Shown here: positions 1 through 10,400 of the stretch, in pieces
Layout: each line of letters starts with the position of its first letter
Position numbering within the stretch: position 1 is the first letter of the stretch
Assembly (NCBI GenBank): GCA_031316235.1
Contig: JALDRA010000001.1
Span: forward strand, 1,680,001 to 1,712,000
Reading direction: 5' to 3'
Source of the DNA: Candidatus Scalindua sp.
GTDB lineage: Bacteria; Planctomycetota; Brocadiia; Brocadiales; Scalinduaceae
DNA length: 32,000 bases
Made by a program: the position numbers and the translations under genes
Notes under the pieces: generated by a model
What the model saw: only the letters and a program-made list of their open reading frames with translations
Database searches by the model: none
What the model was told of the DNA's origin: nothing

Positions 1-688
1 CTCCAACATTTGGATAGCTTCTAAGCCTGTCACATGCGTGGGCATAGTCGCTAAAAACCCTTTGATGGAAAAAGGGATCAGATGGTTGCACTTTTGTTCT
101 ATCGGTATTCATAATCTTTGCCGCATCTGAAGCATTGCTCTCAAGTAATGTTCTGAATACCGCTGAAGCTTGAAGTGCATCAAGGAGCAGTATCTTAACA
201 TCCAGACCGCAAGCTATCTTTTCATCAAGAGAAGAGAGCAAATCGTCCAGATGAACAATTTCAGAATGTGCGATACCGATAAGCCACAACCTTTTCTCGG
301 CATTTTTTATCGCATGGTATATATCATATTGTGCATCTTTACGGGAACCGTATATATTCGTAAGCCCGCAGTTTGCTGCAGAACCAATGAGCTGATTGGA
401 AGTAGTTAAAAATTTTTCTATGGATGTTCTATTATCATTAATAAGCTGATTTGTGGGAAAAAGAGCCTCTTTAAAAATACCTTTCAAATGTCCGAATATC
501 TCCCACCAGAAAAATGCATACTCAATGATGTGAATACACATTATTGCGCTAAGGACAAGGAGCAGGTGCTTGACTATTTCAGGTATGTTGTGCCAGTAAC
601 GCGGTAACAGAATGTAGAGTGCGACGGTGGTAAGAAAAAAGAAACATACGATCAACATTCGTACAAAGGGTCTTGGTTTCTCGCTCAT
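1..688 (-). CDS. Membrane-anchored protein of unknown function; only the 5' portion is present because the gene runs off the left edge
   Basis: Absent from the ORF track because no stop lies in the window. My own minus-strand translation from ATG 688..686 is open for 229 codons: MSEKPRPFVRMLIVCFFFLTTVALYILLPRYWHNIPEIVKHLLLVLSAIMCIHIIEYAFFWW...HAIKNAEKRLWLIGIAHSEIVHLDDLLSSLDEKIACGLDVKILLLDALQAS... It has two N-terminal hydrophobic helices. The AIxxAxxRLWLIG...GLDVKILLLD stretch resembles the first half of a PLD-like fold, but no HKD motif is visible within the window. Confidence 0.55.
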   Translation of the reverse strand, partial: MSEKPRPFVRMLIVCFFFLTTVALYILLPRYWHNIPEIVKHLLLVLSAIMCIHIIEYAFFWWEIFGHLKGIFKEALFPTNQLINDNRTSIEKFLTTSNQLIGSAANCGLTNIYGSRKDAQYDIYHAIKNAEKRLWLIGIAHSEIVHLDDLLSSLDEKIACGLDVKILLLDALQASAVFRTLLESNASDAAKIMNTDRTKVQPSDPFFHQRVFSDYAHACDRLRSYPNVG

Positions 689-954
689 CGATCTGCCCTC
701 CCCAACCGGATGGCGTCTTGCCTTTCCAAATAACCTTTTTCTGAGTTACTGGAAGCAACTCCCGGTTCACTCTGTAACACTGAACCTTCGACGTCACACG
801 GGTACTAAACGCTATATAAACTTTCATCGATCGATGGTATTATACTCTTTTTGGTTTTACAAAGCAAAAACCAATTTACAGCATATCATGCTTGTAACAT
901 GAGACAGGGACAGAGCGAATAAAAATCAGGAGTGCCTGACACTCTTCACCTGTC

Positions 955-1103
955 TAGTGCGTAAACGAAAACCCCGTGTTTGAACCAAAACTGCCCGGGT
1001 ACAAGGCGCGAAGTAATCACGTAACCGGAGCGTAATCTAGTACATGAGCATTACGTCATTGTTGCAGCAACGCCGTAGATGGGTAGTTTTCGTTCAAACA
1101 CTA
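955..1103. repeat. MITE-like element, family A, copy 1 (149 bp, 18-nt terminal inverted repeats)
   Basis: Aligns end to end with 11376-11524, which has the same length and several substitutions. Termini are tagtgcgtaaacgaaaac ... gttttcgttcaaacacta. It lies 20 bp downstream of the htpG stop. Confidence 0.7.
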
Positions 1104-1123
1104 TCTACGCACAGTAAACCTTC

Positions 1124-3040
1124 TCATCTATTCTGCTGTGCATTCTCAACCATAAGCTTCGCAATAGACTTGGCAAATGAAATAGAGTCTTTTGGTCTTG
1201 ATCCTTCCACCAAGAGCGCCTGATCATACAGGAGATCAGCATACTCCTTCAGGACCTCGCTTTTTTTATCTTTCTCAAAAATTCCGTTCATGGCTTCGAA
1301 GAGTGGATGTTCCGGGTTGATTTCAAGAATCCTTTTTCTTCTGGGAACGTCCTGACCCATTGATATTAAGAGCTTTTCCATCTGCGGATCCATTTCACCT
1401 TCGTCTGCAACAAGGCAACAGGCGGAATCTTTCAACCTCCCGGAAAGCCTTACCTCCTTCAGTTCTTCTTCCAGGTGGTCTTGGATAAGCTTAAGGATCT
1501 TTCCATATTTTTTCTGTGCCTTTTCCTTTTCATCCTTTTTCGATTCATCCAGAGTAATATCACCCTTAATAACAGACTTGAATTTCTTACCCTTGAATTC
1601 AAACTGACCCATGACAATATCGTCAATATCATCCAAGAGAATAAGGACTTCGTAGTCTTTATCTCTTAAGGCCTCTAGGTAGGGAGACTTAAACACTTCA
1701 TCTCGTGATGTCCCGGTAATATAGTAAATGTCTTCCTGCCCCTCTTTCATGTTGTCTAAGTACTCCTGGAGTGTTCTGAAGGTGTCCTTATCTGTTTTCG
1801 TTGAAGGAAAAAGGAGGAGTTCTCCAATCGACTCCCGCTTGGAAAAATCAAAATGAATACCTTCTTTTAAAATCCTGCCGAATTCTTTATAAAATTTGAG
1901 GTACTTATCAAAATCATCCTTTTTCATATCACTGAGAGTGTCGAGCACTTTCTTGGTGATACTGTTCTTTATCGTTTCAACCTGCCGATTATTCTGCAGC
2001 ATTTCTCTTGAAACATTTAACGGCAGATCTGAAGAATCTATTACACCTTTCACAAATCTCAGATATGGCGGAATGAGCGCCTCACAGTGTTCGATGATTT
2101 TCACCCTCTTCGCATAGAGGGTGAGGCCCATCTTATACTCTTTATAGAAAATATCCATGGGGCGAATTGCCGGAATATAGAAAAGCGCCGTAAATTCAGA
2201 AGCACCTTCAGCTTTATAGTGAACGACTTTTGCGGGATCTGTATAATCATGAGATAAGTGTTTATAAAATTCATTGTATTCAGTTTCGGTGATATCCGAT
2301 TTATTCTTAAGCCAGATCGCCTTCCTGGCATTTAAGGTCTCTTCTTCTTTGACCTTTACTTTCTGGCTCTTGTCTATCTTCCCCTCTTTCTCCCGTTCAA
2401 TGTCCATGACAATAGGGTGCTCTATGAAATCTGAATATTTTTTTACCACACTTCTTATCTCCCACTCCTCAAGATATTTTTTCTCTTCATCCTTGAGATG
2501 TAGAATTATTTCGGTCCCCTTTTCTTCTTTTTCAAAGTCTTCTATGGTAAAGGAGTCGTCTGCAGTCGATTCCCATTTTATTCCCTTCTTATCATCAGTT
2601 CCTGCCTTCCTGGAAATGACGGTAACCTTATCTGCAACCATGAATGATGAATAAAATCCGACACCAAATTGCCCGATAAGTTCAGGATTTTCTTTAACCT
2701 CTTTGCTCTGCATTACTTTCAGAAACTCTTTGGTCCCTGAATGAGCTATAGTTCCAAGCTCCCTGATCGCATCTTCTTTTGTCAAACCGATCCCATTGTC
2801 ACGAACTGTTAACGTCCCCGCATCTTTGTCAGGTATTATCTGGATCTTCCAGGGCTTCCCATCATCAAGGATCTCCTTATTGGTCAAAGACTCAAAATGT
2901 GCCTTATCGATTGCATCCGAAGCATTTGAAATCAGCTCCCGAAGAAATATCTCTTTATGTGAATAAAGAGAATGCACCACGAGATCCAGGATCTGTTTAG
3001 TCTCTGTCTTAAAATTCATTTTCTTTACCGTCATTGTCAT
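1124..3040 (-). CDS. htpG: Molecular chaperone HtpG (Hsp90 family)
   Basis: 638-aa ORF. The N-terminus TETKQILDLVVHSLYSHKEIFLRELISNASDAIDK is the hallmark GHKL ATPase N-box of HtpG, followed by DNGIGLT and GQFGVGFYS. Length is typical. The true start could be one of several in-frame Met codons near the 5' end. Confidence 0.95.
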   Translation of the reverse strand: MTMTVKKMNFKTETKQILDLVVHSLYSHKEIFLRELISNASDAIDKAHFESLTNKEILDDGKPWKIQIIPDKDAGTLTVRDNGIGLTKEDAIRELGTIAHSGTKEFLKVMQSKEVKENPELIGQFGVGFYSSFMVADKVTVISRKAGTDDKKGIKWESTADDSFTIEDFEKEEKGTEIILHLKDEEKKYLEEWEIRSVVKKYSDFIEHPIVMDIEREKEGKIDKSQKVKVKEEETLNARKAIWLKNKSDITETEYNEFYKHLSHDYTDPAKVVHYKAEGASEFTALFYIPAIRPMDIFYKEYKMGLTLYAKRVKIIEHCEALIPPYLRFVKGVIDSSDLPLNVSREMLQNNRQVETIKNSITKKVLDTLSDMKKDDFDKYLKFYKEFGRILKEGIHFDFSKRESIGELLLFPSTKTDKDTFRTLQEYLDNMKEGQEDIYYITGTSRDEVFKSPYLEALRDKDYEVLILLDDIDDIVMGQFEFKGKKFKSVIKGDITLDESKKDEKEKAQKKYGKILKLIQDHLEEELKEVRLSGRLKDSACCLVADEGEMDPQMEKLLISMGQDVPRRKRILEINPEHPLFEAMNGIFEKDKKSEVLKEYADLLYDQALLVEGSRPKDSISFAKSIAKLMVENAQQNR

Positions 3041-3253
3041 TCACCTTCTTAAACAGTTTCTTAGTAATAAAATTTTTCGCTGAATAGTTGCTTGGTACCA
3101 GGATTTGTAATAATACATAACGCGTAAGAGTAATTTTCTTCCCTAGCTCGTACAGAAGAACTACGCATCCACCCGGCTGAACAGTTTCCGTACACCAGCC
3201 TGTCCCTTCTCTGCATCATACACGTTGATTGAAATGGTTGTTGTTAATCGAAC

Positions 3254-3283
3254 ATTATGGGAAAAAATGGCAAAAAAATCAAG
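3254..3283 (-). promoter_or_regulatory. Possible sigma-32-type heat-shock promoter upstream of htpG
   Basis: The minus strand reads CTTGATT-N13-TCCCATAAT, close to the E. coli sigma-32 consensus CTTGAAA-N13-15-CCCCATNT. It sits about 215 nt upstream of the htpG start. This is a motif match only. Confidence 0.3.
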
Positions 3284-3462
3284 TACAAGATTGAAAAATT
3301 CAAAGGTTTTTACTCTTTACCGATTATTTCCTGGCGGAACCGGAATCCTGCGGCTGAACCAGAACTGACAATCGGTTTTAGTATAATTCCATAATTTGGG
3401 TCTGGCAAAACCAGGGCTTTGTTGCAATAATACGCTACCCTTTACCTAATTATTTTTACCGC

Positions 3463-4854
3463 ATGAGAAATACTTTCATGAATAACCGTATCACACAACC
3501 AAAACCACTCTTTGTGAATGATGAGAATATGGCCATTGCTACAGACCTTTATCAATTAACAATGGCTGCCGGTTATTTTGAATGCAGGCGTAATCACACC
3601 GCAACCTTTGAATTATCTGTCAGAAAACTGCCGGAAAACCGCGCATACCTGGTTACGGCCGGCCTTGAACAGGCCATTTATTACCTCACCAATCTTTCGT
3701 TTACCGATACCTATGTAGACTACCTGAAACAGCTTCCCATTTTCAAAAACGTAAGCGGAGAATTTTTCAGATATCTCCGAAAATTCCGATTTCAGGGAGA
3801 CCTGTTTGCCGTTCCAGAAGGTACGATCGTTTTTGCGAACGAACCTCTCTTAAGAGTAACGGCACCGGTAATCGAGGCACAGATAATCGAAACCTATCTG
3901 TTATCGACGATATGCTACCAGACCCTGATAGCTTCAAAGGCATCGAGGGTAGTACATGCCGCCAAAGGAAAAGAGGTTATTGATTTCGGAACGAGACGCG
4001 CTCATAGTCCCCAGGCTGGTGTGCTGGCAGCCCGGGCATGTTATATCGGGGGTTGCGCAGGAACCTCCAATGTCCTTACGGCGTATGAATTAGGCATCCC
4101 CGCTATCGGTACCATGGCCCACTCGTGGATCATGGCTTACAGCGATGAATATACATCTTTTGAAGAGTTCCAGAAGGTCTTTCCGGAAAATACCATTCTC
4201 CTCATTGATACCTATGATACTATCAGGGCGGCACGGTTGGCGGCAAAGATTGGAAAAAATTTGATGGGAGTCCGGATTGACAGTGGAAATCTCTCTCTTT
4301 TGAGCAAAAAGGTACGAAGAATTTTAGACAATGCGGGCCTTGAAAAGACAAAGATCACCGTAAGCGGCGATCTCAACGAATATAAAATCTCTGAGTTGCT
4401 GAAGAAAAATACGCCGATTGACTCTTTCGGTGTAGGAACAGAAATGGTTACCGCAAAAGATTCACCTGCCCTCAATGGGGTATACAAGCTGGTAGAGCAG
4501 GATGTGGGCGAAAGATTGATACCGAAAATGAAATTTAGCAAGGATAAAGTTACCTACCCGGCAAAGAAACAGGTTTACCGCTTTTTTGATAAAAACGGGC
4601 GGTTTACAAGGGACACAGTAGGATTAGCAGATGAAGTATATGATGCAGAAGCGCTCCTAGTACCTGTTATCAGGAGCGGAAAGCTTTCCTATACCATTCC
4701 AACGGTGCGGGAGATACAGAAGGTTGCACGGGAAAACTTCTCTCACCTGCCGGAAAAGTTTAAAAGACTAAATTGCAGGACTTCCTATCCGGTACTCTTC
4801 AGCGAACGTTTAAAGCAGATTAAAGAGAGGATAAGCAGAAACCTGGTTGCATAG
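3463..4854 (+). CDS. pncB: Nicotinate phosphoribosyltransferase (NAPRTase)
   Basis: 463-aa ORF. The N-terminal TDLYQLTMAAGYF motif, GTRRAHS, GTSNV, GTMAHSWI and a VRIDSG segment are characteristic of the NAPRTase family. Confidence 0.85.
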   Translation: MRNTFMNNRITQPKPLFVNDENMAIATDLYQLTMAAGYFECRRNHTATFELSVRKLPENRAYLVTAGLEQAIYYLTNLSFTDTYVDYLKQLPIFKNVSGEFFRYLRKFRFQGDLFAVPEGTIVFANEPLLRVTAPVIEAQIIETYLLSTICYQTLIASKASRVVHAAKGKEVIDFGTRRAHSPQAGVLAARACYIGGCAGTSNVLTAYELGIPAIGTMAHSWIMAYSDEYTSFEEFQKVFPENTILLIDTYDTIRAARLAAKIGKNLMGVRIDSGNLSLLSKKVRRILDNAGLEKTKITVSGDLNEYKISELLKKNTPIDSFGVGTEMVTAKDSPALNGVYKLVEQDVGERLIPKMKFSKDKVTYPAKKQVYRFFDKNGRFTRDTVGLADEVYDAEALLVPVIRSGKLSYTIPTVREIQKVARENFSHLPEKFKRLNCRTSYPVLFSERLKQIKERISRNLVA

Positions 4855-5089
4855 CCTCCGCTTATTTATTCATCTTCTTGTGTTTAAAAAAACCAATTCC
4901 TTATACTTTACCCTTGATTACTGTTGAGCTTTATTGGAAATTGGGGATGGAATTACTGATCCTGATGGTTGTTTTAAATTACCAATTAACGTGACGCCGG
5001 GGCGACCCACTGCTTCCTCTCTCATTACCGCGGGGGTTTTGGGAGTCTTTCAGGCAACACTCCTGCTGCCTGCTCCGAAAGTTAGTTGA

Positions 5090-5201
5090 TATACTAAAAC
5101 CGATTTGGTTTTCGGTTTTACCGGAAACAAAATCTTGGTGAAGGTATACTCGCTCAAATTTTTCTCGGATTTTATCCGAAAACTATTATGAGATGAGTAT
5201 A
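5090..5201. repeat. MITE-like element, family B, copy 1 (112 bp)
   Basis: Matches 11660-11771 with about 7 substitutions by my count. It starts tatact and ends gatgagtata. Internal hairpins are ccgatttggttttcgg / ccggaaacaaaatcttgg and ttcgga-tttta-tccgaa. An internal tatactcgctca ... tgagatgagtata pair looks like a nested mini-element. Confidence 0.7.
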
Positions 5202-5400
5202 AACAACTCACAGCTCTGATCAAAAATATCCGTTACCCTTCCCGGAATGCCGGGAAATATGATAAGAAAGGAGGTCAGTACAACCTGGCCAGAAATATAT
5301 TTACACGGAAATTTATATTGGTATTATTATTTCAATTTTCAGGTAATACAGAAAAAGGCGTTTCGATGCTTCGCAATCAAATTTGTTAAGGATGATACCT

Positions 5401-7083
5401 ATGAGCAATACAGCTGAAAAAATAATATATTCAATGATGAGAGTTGGCAAATCTTACCAGAAGAGAGCAGTGATCAAGGATATATCTCTCTCATACTATT
5501 ATGGTGCAAAGATCGGTGTCCTGGGACTCAACGGATCGGGGAAGAGTTCCCTTTTACGTATTATGGCAGGTGTTGATAAGGAACATGATGGAGAGGCAGT
5601 TCTCTCTCCCGGTTATACCGTAGGGTATCTTGAGCAGGAACCGGTTCTTGATTCAGACAAAACAGTAAAGACCGTTGTAGAAGAGGGGATGCAGTCGGTG
5701 GTAGATATCGTCAATGAATACAACGATATCAGTGAAAAATTTGGAGAACCCATGTCTGATGATGACATGGACAAGCTGATAACACGTCAGGGTGAGCTGC
5801 AGGAGGAGATCGAGAATCTGGATGCCTGGGATATTGACTCTCGCATAGAGATGGCTATGGATGCGCTGCGCTGCCCTCCGGGCGATACTTCCATCAAGGT
5901 CCTTTCCGGTGGCGAAAAAAGACGGGTGGCCCTCTGCAGGCTTCTGTTACAAAACCCGGACATTCTCCTCCTCGATGAGCCTACGAACCATCTTGATGCA
6001 GAAACCGTCGCATGGCTCGAAAGGCATCTACAGCAGTATGCGGGTACGGTAATAGCAATTACCCATGACCGCTATTTTCTGGATAATGTAGCAGGCTGGA
6101 TCTTAGAACTTGAACGAGGGATGGGTATCCCCTGGAAGGGCAACTACTCCTCCTGGCTTGAACAGAAGCAGATGCGACTCAAACAGGAGGAGAAACAGGA
6201 AACGGAGCGGCAAAAAACATTGCAGCGGGAATTAGAGTGGATCCATATGTCGGCGAAGGGACGACACGCAAAGGCAAAGGCACGCATAAACTCTTACGAA
6301 AAGCTCTTAAACCAGGACAATGAGAAACAGGACAAAACACTTGAACTGTTTATCCCGGCAGGGCCTCGTCTTGGAAGCGTGGTGATTAAAGCGGAAAACG
6401 TGAGCAAGGCATACGGCAATCGACTTCTCTTTGAGGGCATGACGTTCTCACTGCCGGCGGGGGGTATTGTCGGCATCATCGGGCCGAATGGTGCAGGCAA
6501 AACAACACTCTTTAAGATGATCACAGGTCTGGAAAAACCGGATTCGGGCACGCTTAAAGTCGGCGACTCTGCCAAACTTGCCTATGTTGACCAGGAGCGG
6601 GACACCCTCCAACCGGAAAAAACGATATGGGAAGTGATTTCCGGAGGAAAAGAGGCGATCAAGCTCGGAACAAACGACGTAAACTCCCGCGCATACGTCG
6701 CCCGTTTCAATTTCTCAGGATCTGACCAGCAGAAGAGAGTAGACGTCCTTTCAGGCGGAGAACGCAATCGCGTCCACCTCGCATGCATGCTCAAGGAGGG
6801 TGCCAATGTTTTACTGCTTGACGAACCGACAAACGATCTGGACGTGAATACCATGCGAGCCCTTGAAGAGGCCCTGGAACATTTTGGGGGTTGCGCCGTC
6901 ATCATCACCCATGATCGCTGGTTCCTCGACCGCATCGCCACACACATCCTCGCTTTTGAGGGTGATGGTACGGTGAAATGGTTTGAAGGCAACTTCTCAG
7001 AGTATGAAGCAGACAGGAAAAAGCGGTTAGGAAAGGAGGCGGACCAACCTCATCGTATGAAATACCGACAGTTAACCAGATAA
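5401..7083 (+). CDS. ettA: Energy-dependent translational throttle protein EttA (ABC-F ATPase)
   Basis: Collinear with E. coli EttA as I remember it: YSMMRVGK, GVLGLNGSGKSS, LSGGEKRRVALCRLLL, LLLDEPTNHLD, WLEQK, GIIGPNGAGKTT, LSGGERNR, ITHDRWFLDRIATHIL. The track ORF starts at TTG 5383. ATG 5401 is preferred because AAGGA at 5388-5392 sits 8 nt upstream. Confidence 0.95.
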   Translation: MSNTAEKIIYSMMRVGKSYQKRAVIKDISLSYYYGAKIGVLGLNGSGKSSLLRIMAGVDKEHDGEAVLSPGYTVGYLEQEPVLDSDKTVKTVVEEGMQSVVDIVNEYNDISEKFGEPMSDDDMDKLITRQGELQEEIENLDAWDIDSRIEMAMDALRCPPGDTSIKVLSGGEKRRVALCRLLLQNPDILLLDEPTNHLDAETVAWLERHLQQYAGTVIAITHDRYFLDNVAGWILELERGMGIPWKGNYSSWLEQKQMRLKQEEKQETERQKTLQRELEWIHMSAKGRHAKAKARINSYEKLLNQDNEKQDKTLELFIPAGPRLGSVVIKAENVSKAYGNRLLFEGMTFSLPAGGIVGIIGPNGAGKTTLFKMITGLEKPDSGTLKVGDSAKLAYVDQERDTLQPEKTIWEVISGGKEAIKLGTNDVNSRAYVARFNFSGSDQQKRVDVLSGGERNRVHLACMLKEGANVLLLDEPTNDLDVNTMRALEEALEHFGGCAVIITHDRWFLDRIATHILAFEGDGTVKWFEGNFSEYEADRKKRLGKEADQPHRMKYRQLTR

Positions 7084-7328
7084 ATAAAGATACTCTTTCT
7101 GCTCTTTGCCTGCCGGTTCACAGGCGGTTCTCCTGTGCTCAAGCTAAGCATAGGGCTCAGAAAAGAATACAAAGGTGATTTAGTTTTTGGACTTTGTTTT
7201 TCTTAGCGAACTTTGCGCCTTGGCGTGAGAATGAGTATTTTAATCTGAAATTATCTGTTTAGATATAAGTTATTTAACAACTTATAAAACGAACAAAAAC
7301 ATGTTGGTAACTTTGGTGCTGTAAGCGC

Positions 7329-7475
7329 CTAAGGGTCCGGGAATCGAAAACACTCCTCATTCGCCTTCGTTGCGGCAAACAGCCCTGACAAGGCAAATAC
7401 ACCTAATTTAAACCCAAGCTCCTCCAGCTCCCGAGCAGTGAGATCTGGAGTCTTTCCTTCCCCTATCAAAATGTT
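7329..7475 (-). pseudogene. C-terminal fragment of a PEP mutase / isocitrate lyase family gene (methylisocitrate-lyase-like)
   Basis: The track ORF 7329..7520 contains NILIGEGKTPDLTARELEELGFKLGVFALSGLFAATKANEE. This matches the C-terminal GKTP...EL.ELG....P.s..raa pattern of that family. About 250 N-terminal residues are missing, and the similarity starts exactly at the addA stop codon. Confidence 0.35.
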
Positions 7476-10400
7476 ATTTACATATAGGTTCAAATTCACA
7501 CCACCTGCATTTACCCCCACTCACTTTTTCAAAGTCTCCATCCTTATGTGCGGAAAAAAACTTATCCAGCGTAGTATCGAGTTCTCTCCTAGCATGTACT
7601 GAGGTATCAATGATTACGGATCTGTCCGGAACGAGAAAATAGAGGATCGCTTCATCTACCTTTTCCCCATAAACAGCTTCAAGCGCCCTGGCATAAAGCT
7701 GCATCTGTATTCTATAGTGTTTTATCTTGTCGGGTATTTCACCCACCGTAATATTATTCGCCTTGTAATCAACGATCTTTACGCTGTTTTCATCTGTCAC
7801 ATAGAAAAGGTCTATCTGGCCTCGTATGGGAAATCCTTGACAATGAAAGATAAATGATATTTCCCTCTTCTGACATTTGCTGGCCTTTACCTCCTCACCA
7901 ACGGAACTACGGTAAAATGAGAGTACCCAGTTTGTAATGGTATCTATACTTTTTTGGCACGGGTCAAGTCCCGTGATCAGCAACTCTCGCTCTATATAAT
8001 CTTTGAGTTTACGACTGTTGTCTGAAAAATGGTACCTTTTAAAGATACGATGCACAATGTTCCCAAGTTCGTTGCTGGGTATTTCATCATCATTCTTCTC
8101 ACTCCTGTCCCCTTCCCTATCTGGCCCAGACCAATCTCGCTCTTGCACCCCTTGTAATCCCAGAATGGAATTAAAATAGTATCGTTGTGGGCAAAAGTGG
8201 AACGTAAGGATCTCGGTAACCGTGTAAAGATAGTGACTATGGTCGGCGGGTACAGTACAATTCACCATTGAGATGATATTTTTACCCGCATCAGCTATTA
8301 TTTTTTGAGGCGATGGAGTCTTAATTTCATTACCTGTTTCAATCTCTTTTTTGTATTGCGTGAGGAGTTTCACTCTCTTCGTTTCCTTCACCCCTTCTGA
8401 AACACGCTGGCCGCTCGAAGTTGTTAGTCCACCATCATCTTCTCCATTTATCGATGTATATCGTATCTCAAGCGTTTGAGACGGATCCTGCCCCTCTTTA
8501 TTGAGCCGTATAGTCTTGAGGGTCTCATCGTGGTCTTTATCGAGGCAAAGGATTGAGACGACATAGCTGAGCCAATTACCACTGTCTTTGTCTCCTTTCG
8601 CCTTACTCTTACTTGTGCCCCCTGTCAGTATCAGATGTTCCTGCGCCCTCGTCATTGCAACAAAGAGCAGCCGTTTTGATTCCTGTAACTCTTTTTGAGA
8701 GATTTCATTTCTAATTTGTTCATAACTCAGGGGTACTTCAGCTTCACTGGTTGAAGGATTCATTGTCTTAAAACTGATCCCATACTTTTTTGAAAAAACA
8801 AAATAATCGGAGGGTCGCGTATTGTCTCTATCAAGGTCGGCAACAATAACGATCGGGAATTCTAACCCTTTCGCAGAGTGGGTAGTAATTAATTTAACCA
8901 CATCATCCTCCTCAGATTCCACCGGCGCCTCTGATTCTCTTATCTCCCGAAACTTGTACCCTTCTACAATCGTAATAAAATCTCTGAGTGCCAAAGGTTC
9001 AAAATCTTCCTGACTCTTACACAGATCAACAAGCTTCAGGAGGTTTGCATAGCGTTTCTTTCCATTTGAGAAGAGAAGCATCTTTGATTGAAATTCCGTC
9101 TTCTTGAGGATAAAAGAGATCAATTGCCACAATGAGACTCTGGGTTTAAGGTCCTGTACCTCATGGAGGAGTTTCGTAAATTGTACAATCCTCTCTTTTG
9201 AACCGGTATCAATCTCTTGAATAGCCTCAACATCGGTCAGGACCTGGTAGAGGAGTCTCTTCTGCAGTTTACGATGAGCTCCCTCCCGGTTTTTATGAGC
9301 CGCATGGTTATGATGCGCATGATCAGAGAGCCAAAAGAGAGCGTCGTCATCTATTCCAACAAACGGTGACTTTAATACCGCGGCCAGATCTATTTCGTCA
9401 AGGGGAGATTCGACGACCTTGAGAAAGTTAATGAGGTCCTTTATCTCTGTCGTATTAAAGAATCCTCTTCCGCTCACAACATAATACGGTATCTCAGACT
9501 GCAAAAGGCTTTGTTCGTAGAGCTTTATGTCCGTCGTGCTCCGGAACAGAATAGCAAAATCTCTATACGAAACCTTCCTCCCCTCTTCCTTTTGGTTTGT
9601 TATCTTGATCTCACCCTGCTCAACAATTTCCTTGATCCTGTTCGCTATCTCTGTAGATTCTCGTCTCCTGGCCCTGATCTTATCTGCGCCATCCACTACA
9701 ACTATTTCAATTGATGGCAGTGATTTTTCCGAAAACTGTGCCCCCGCCTCTAGTTGATGTGAATTATGTAAGGAAGGAGTGGAGCTACTACTCGTATCCT
9801 TTTGTGCGTTACAATCTTCGTGTTCCCCATGTACACTCTCCGGCCATAGCTTTCCAAATAGGTGGTTTATAAAATCGAGCACCTGGGGGCGGCTTCTGAA
9901 ATTCTCATTCAAACGGATCAGAGACCCCGGGGCCATACCCTTCTGCATATCTTGAAATATCTCAACATCTGCATTTCGAAAACCATAAATGGATTGTTTT
10001 GCATCACCCACAACAAATAAATTCTCCTTACCCCTTATCAGGTCTATTATGCTCTTCTGCAATCTGCTGGTATCTTGAAATTCATCAACTAATATGAACT
10101 TGAATCTGTGTTGTATTTCAGCTCTTATATATTCGTTGCCTTGCAATAACGCTATCGTTTTCTCCTCAAGATCGGTAAAATCGACAAAACTCTCAGACAG
10201 CTTTCTCTCTCCGTAAGCAGTTTCAAAGTCCATAAGGAATTTCCTTACTACCATTTTGATTCTTGTTGAATACCCCTCCACGAGTAATCCTACCAGGGTT
10301 TCCAGCTCTTCGCGCAGGGAGCTCAATAGGTGTTTCACCTCGTTTGACACACTCAAATTTATGGAAGAGTGAATGGCCCTAACATCATTTAATAATAGAA

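Noticed and set aside
170-902. Track ORFs 170..409(+), 579..827(-) and 627..902(+)
   Set aside because: The first ORF is antisense to the uninterrupted 229-codon minus-strand frame that I annotate as a partial CDS. The other two overlap its start and promoter region. None has a recognisable motif or a ribosome-binding site.
1475-3000. Five short ORFs inside and antisense to htpG
   Set aside because: All are fully contained in the well-supported htpG reading frame. Their translations are low-complexity, as is typical of antisense frames.
4855-5089. Possible ncRNA or small ORF in the GC-richer patch between pncB and the family B repeat (for example a ggagt...actcc hairpin and a 35-codon minus-strand ORF)
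   Set aside because: It has no resemblance to an RNA family I can recognise by eye (tmRNA, RNase P, SRP, 6S, riboswitch cores). The stems are short. A covariance-model scan would be needed.
7143-7232. Weak hairpin-like relative of the family C terminal repeats downstream of ettA
   Set aside because: The right arm resembles the 24471-24504 arm, but the left arm match is poor. I mention it under family C only and do not call it a separate element or terminator.
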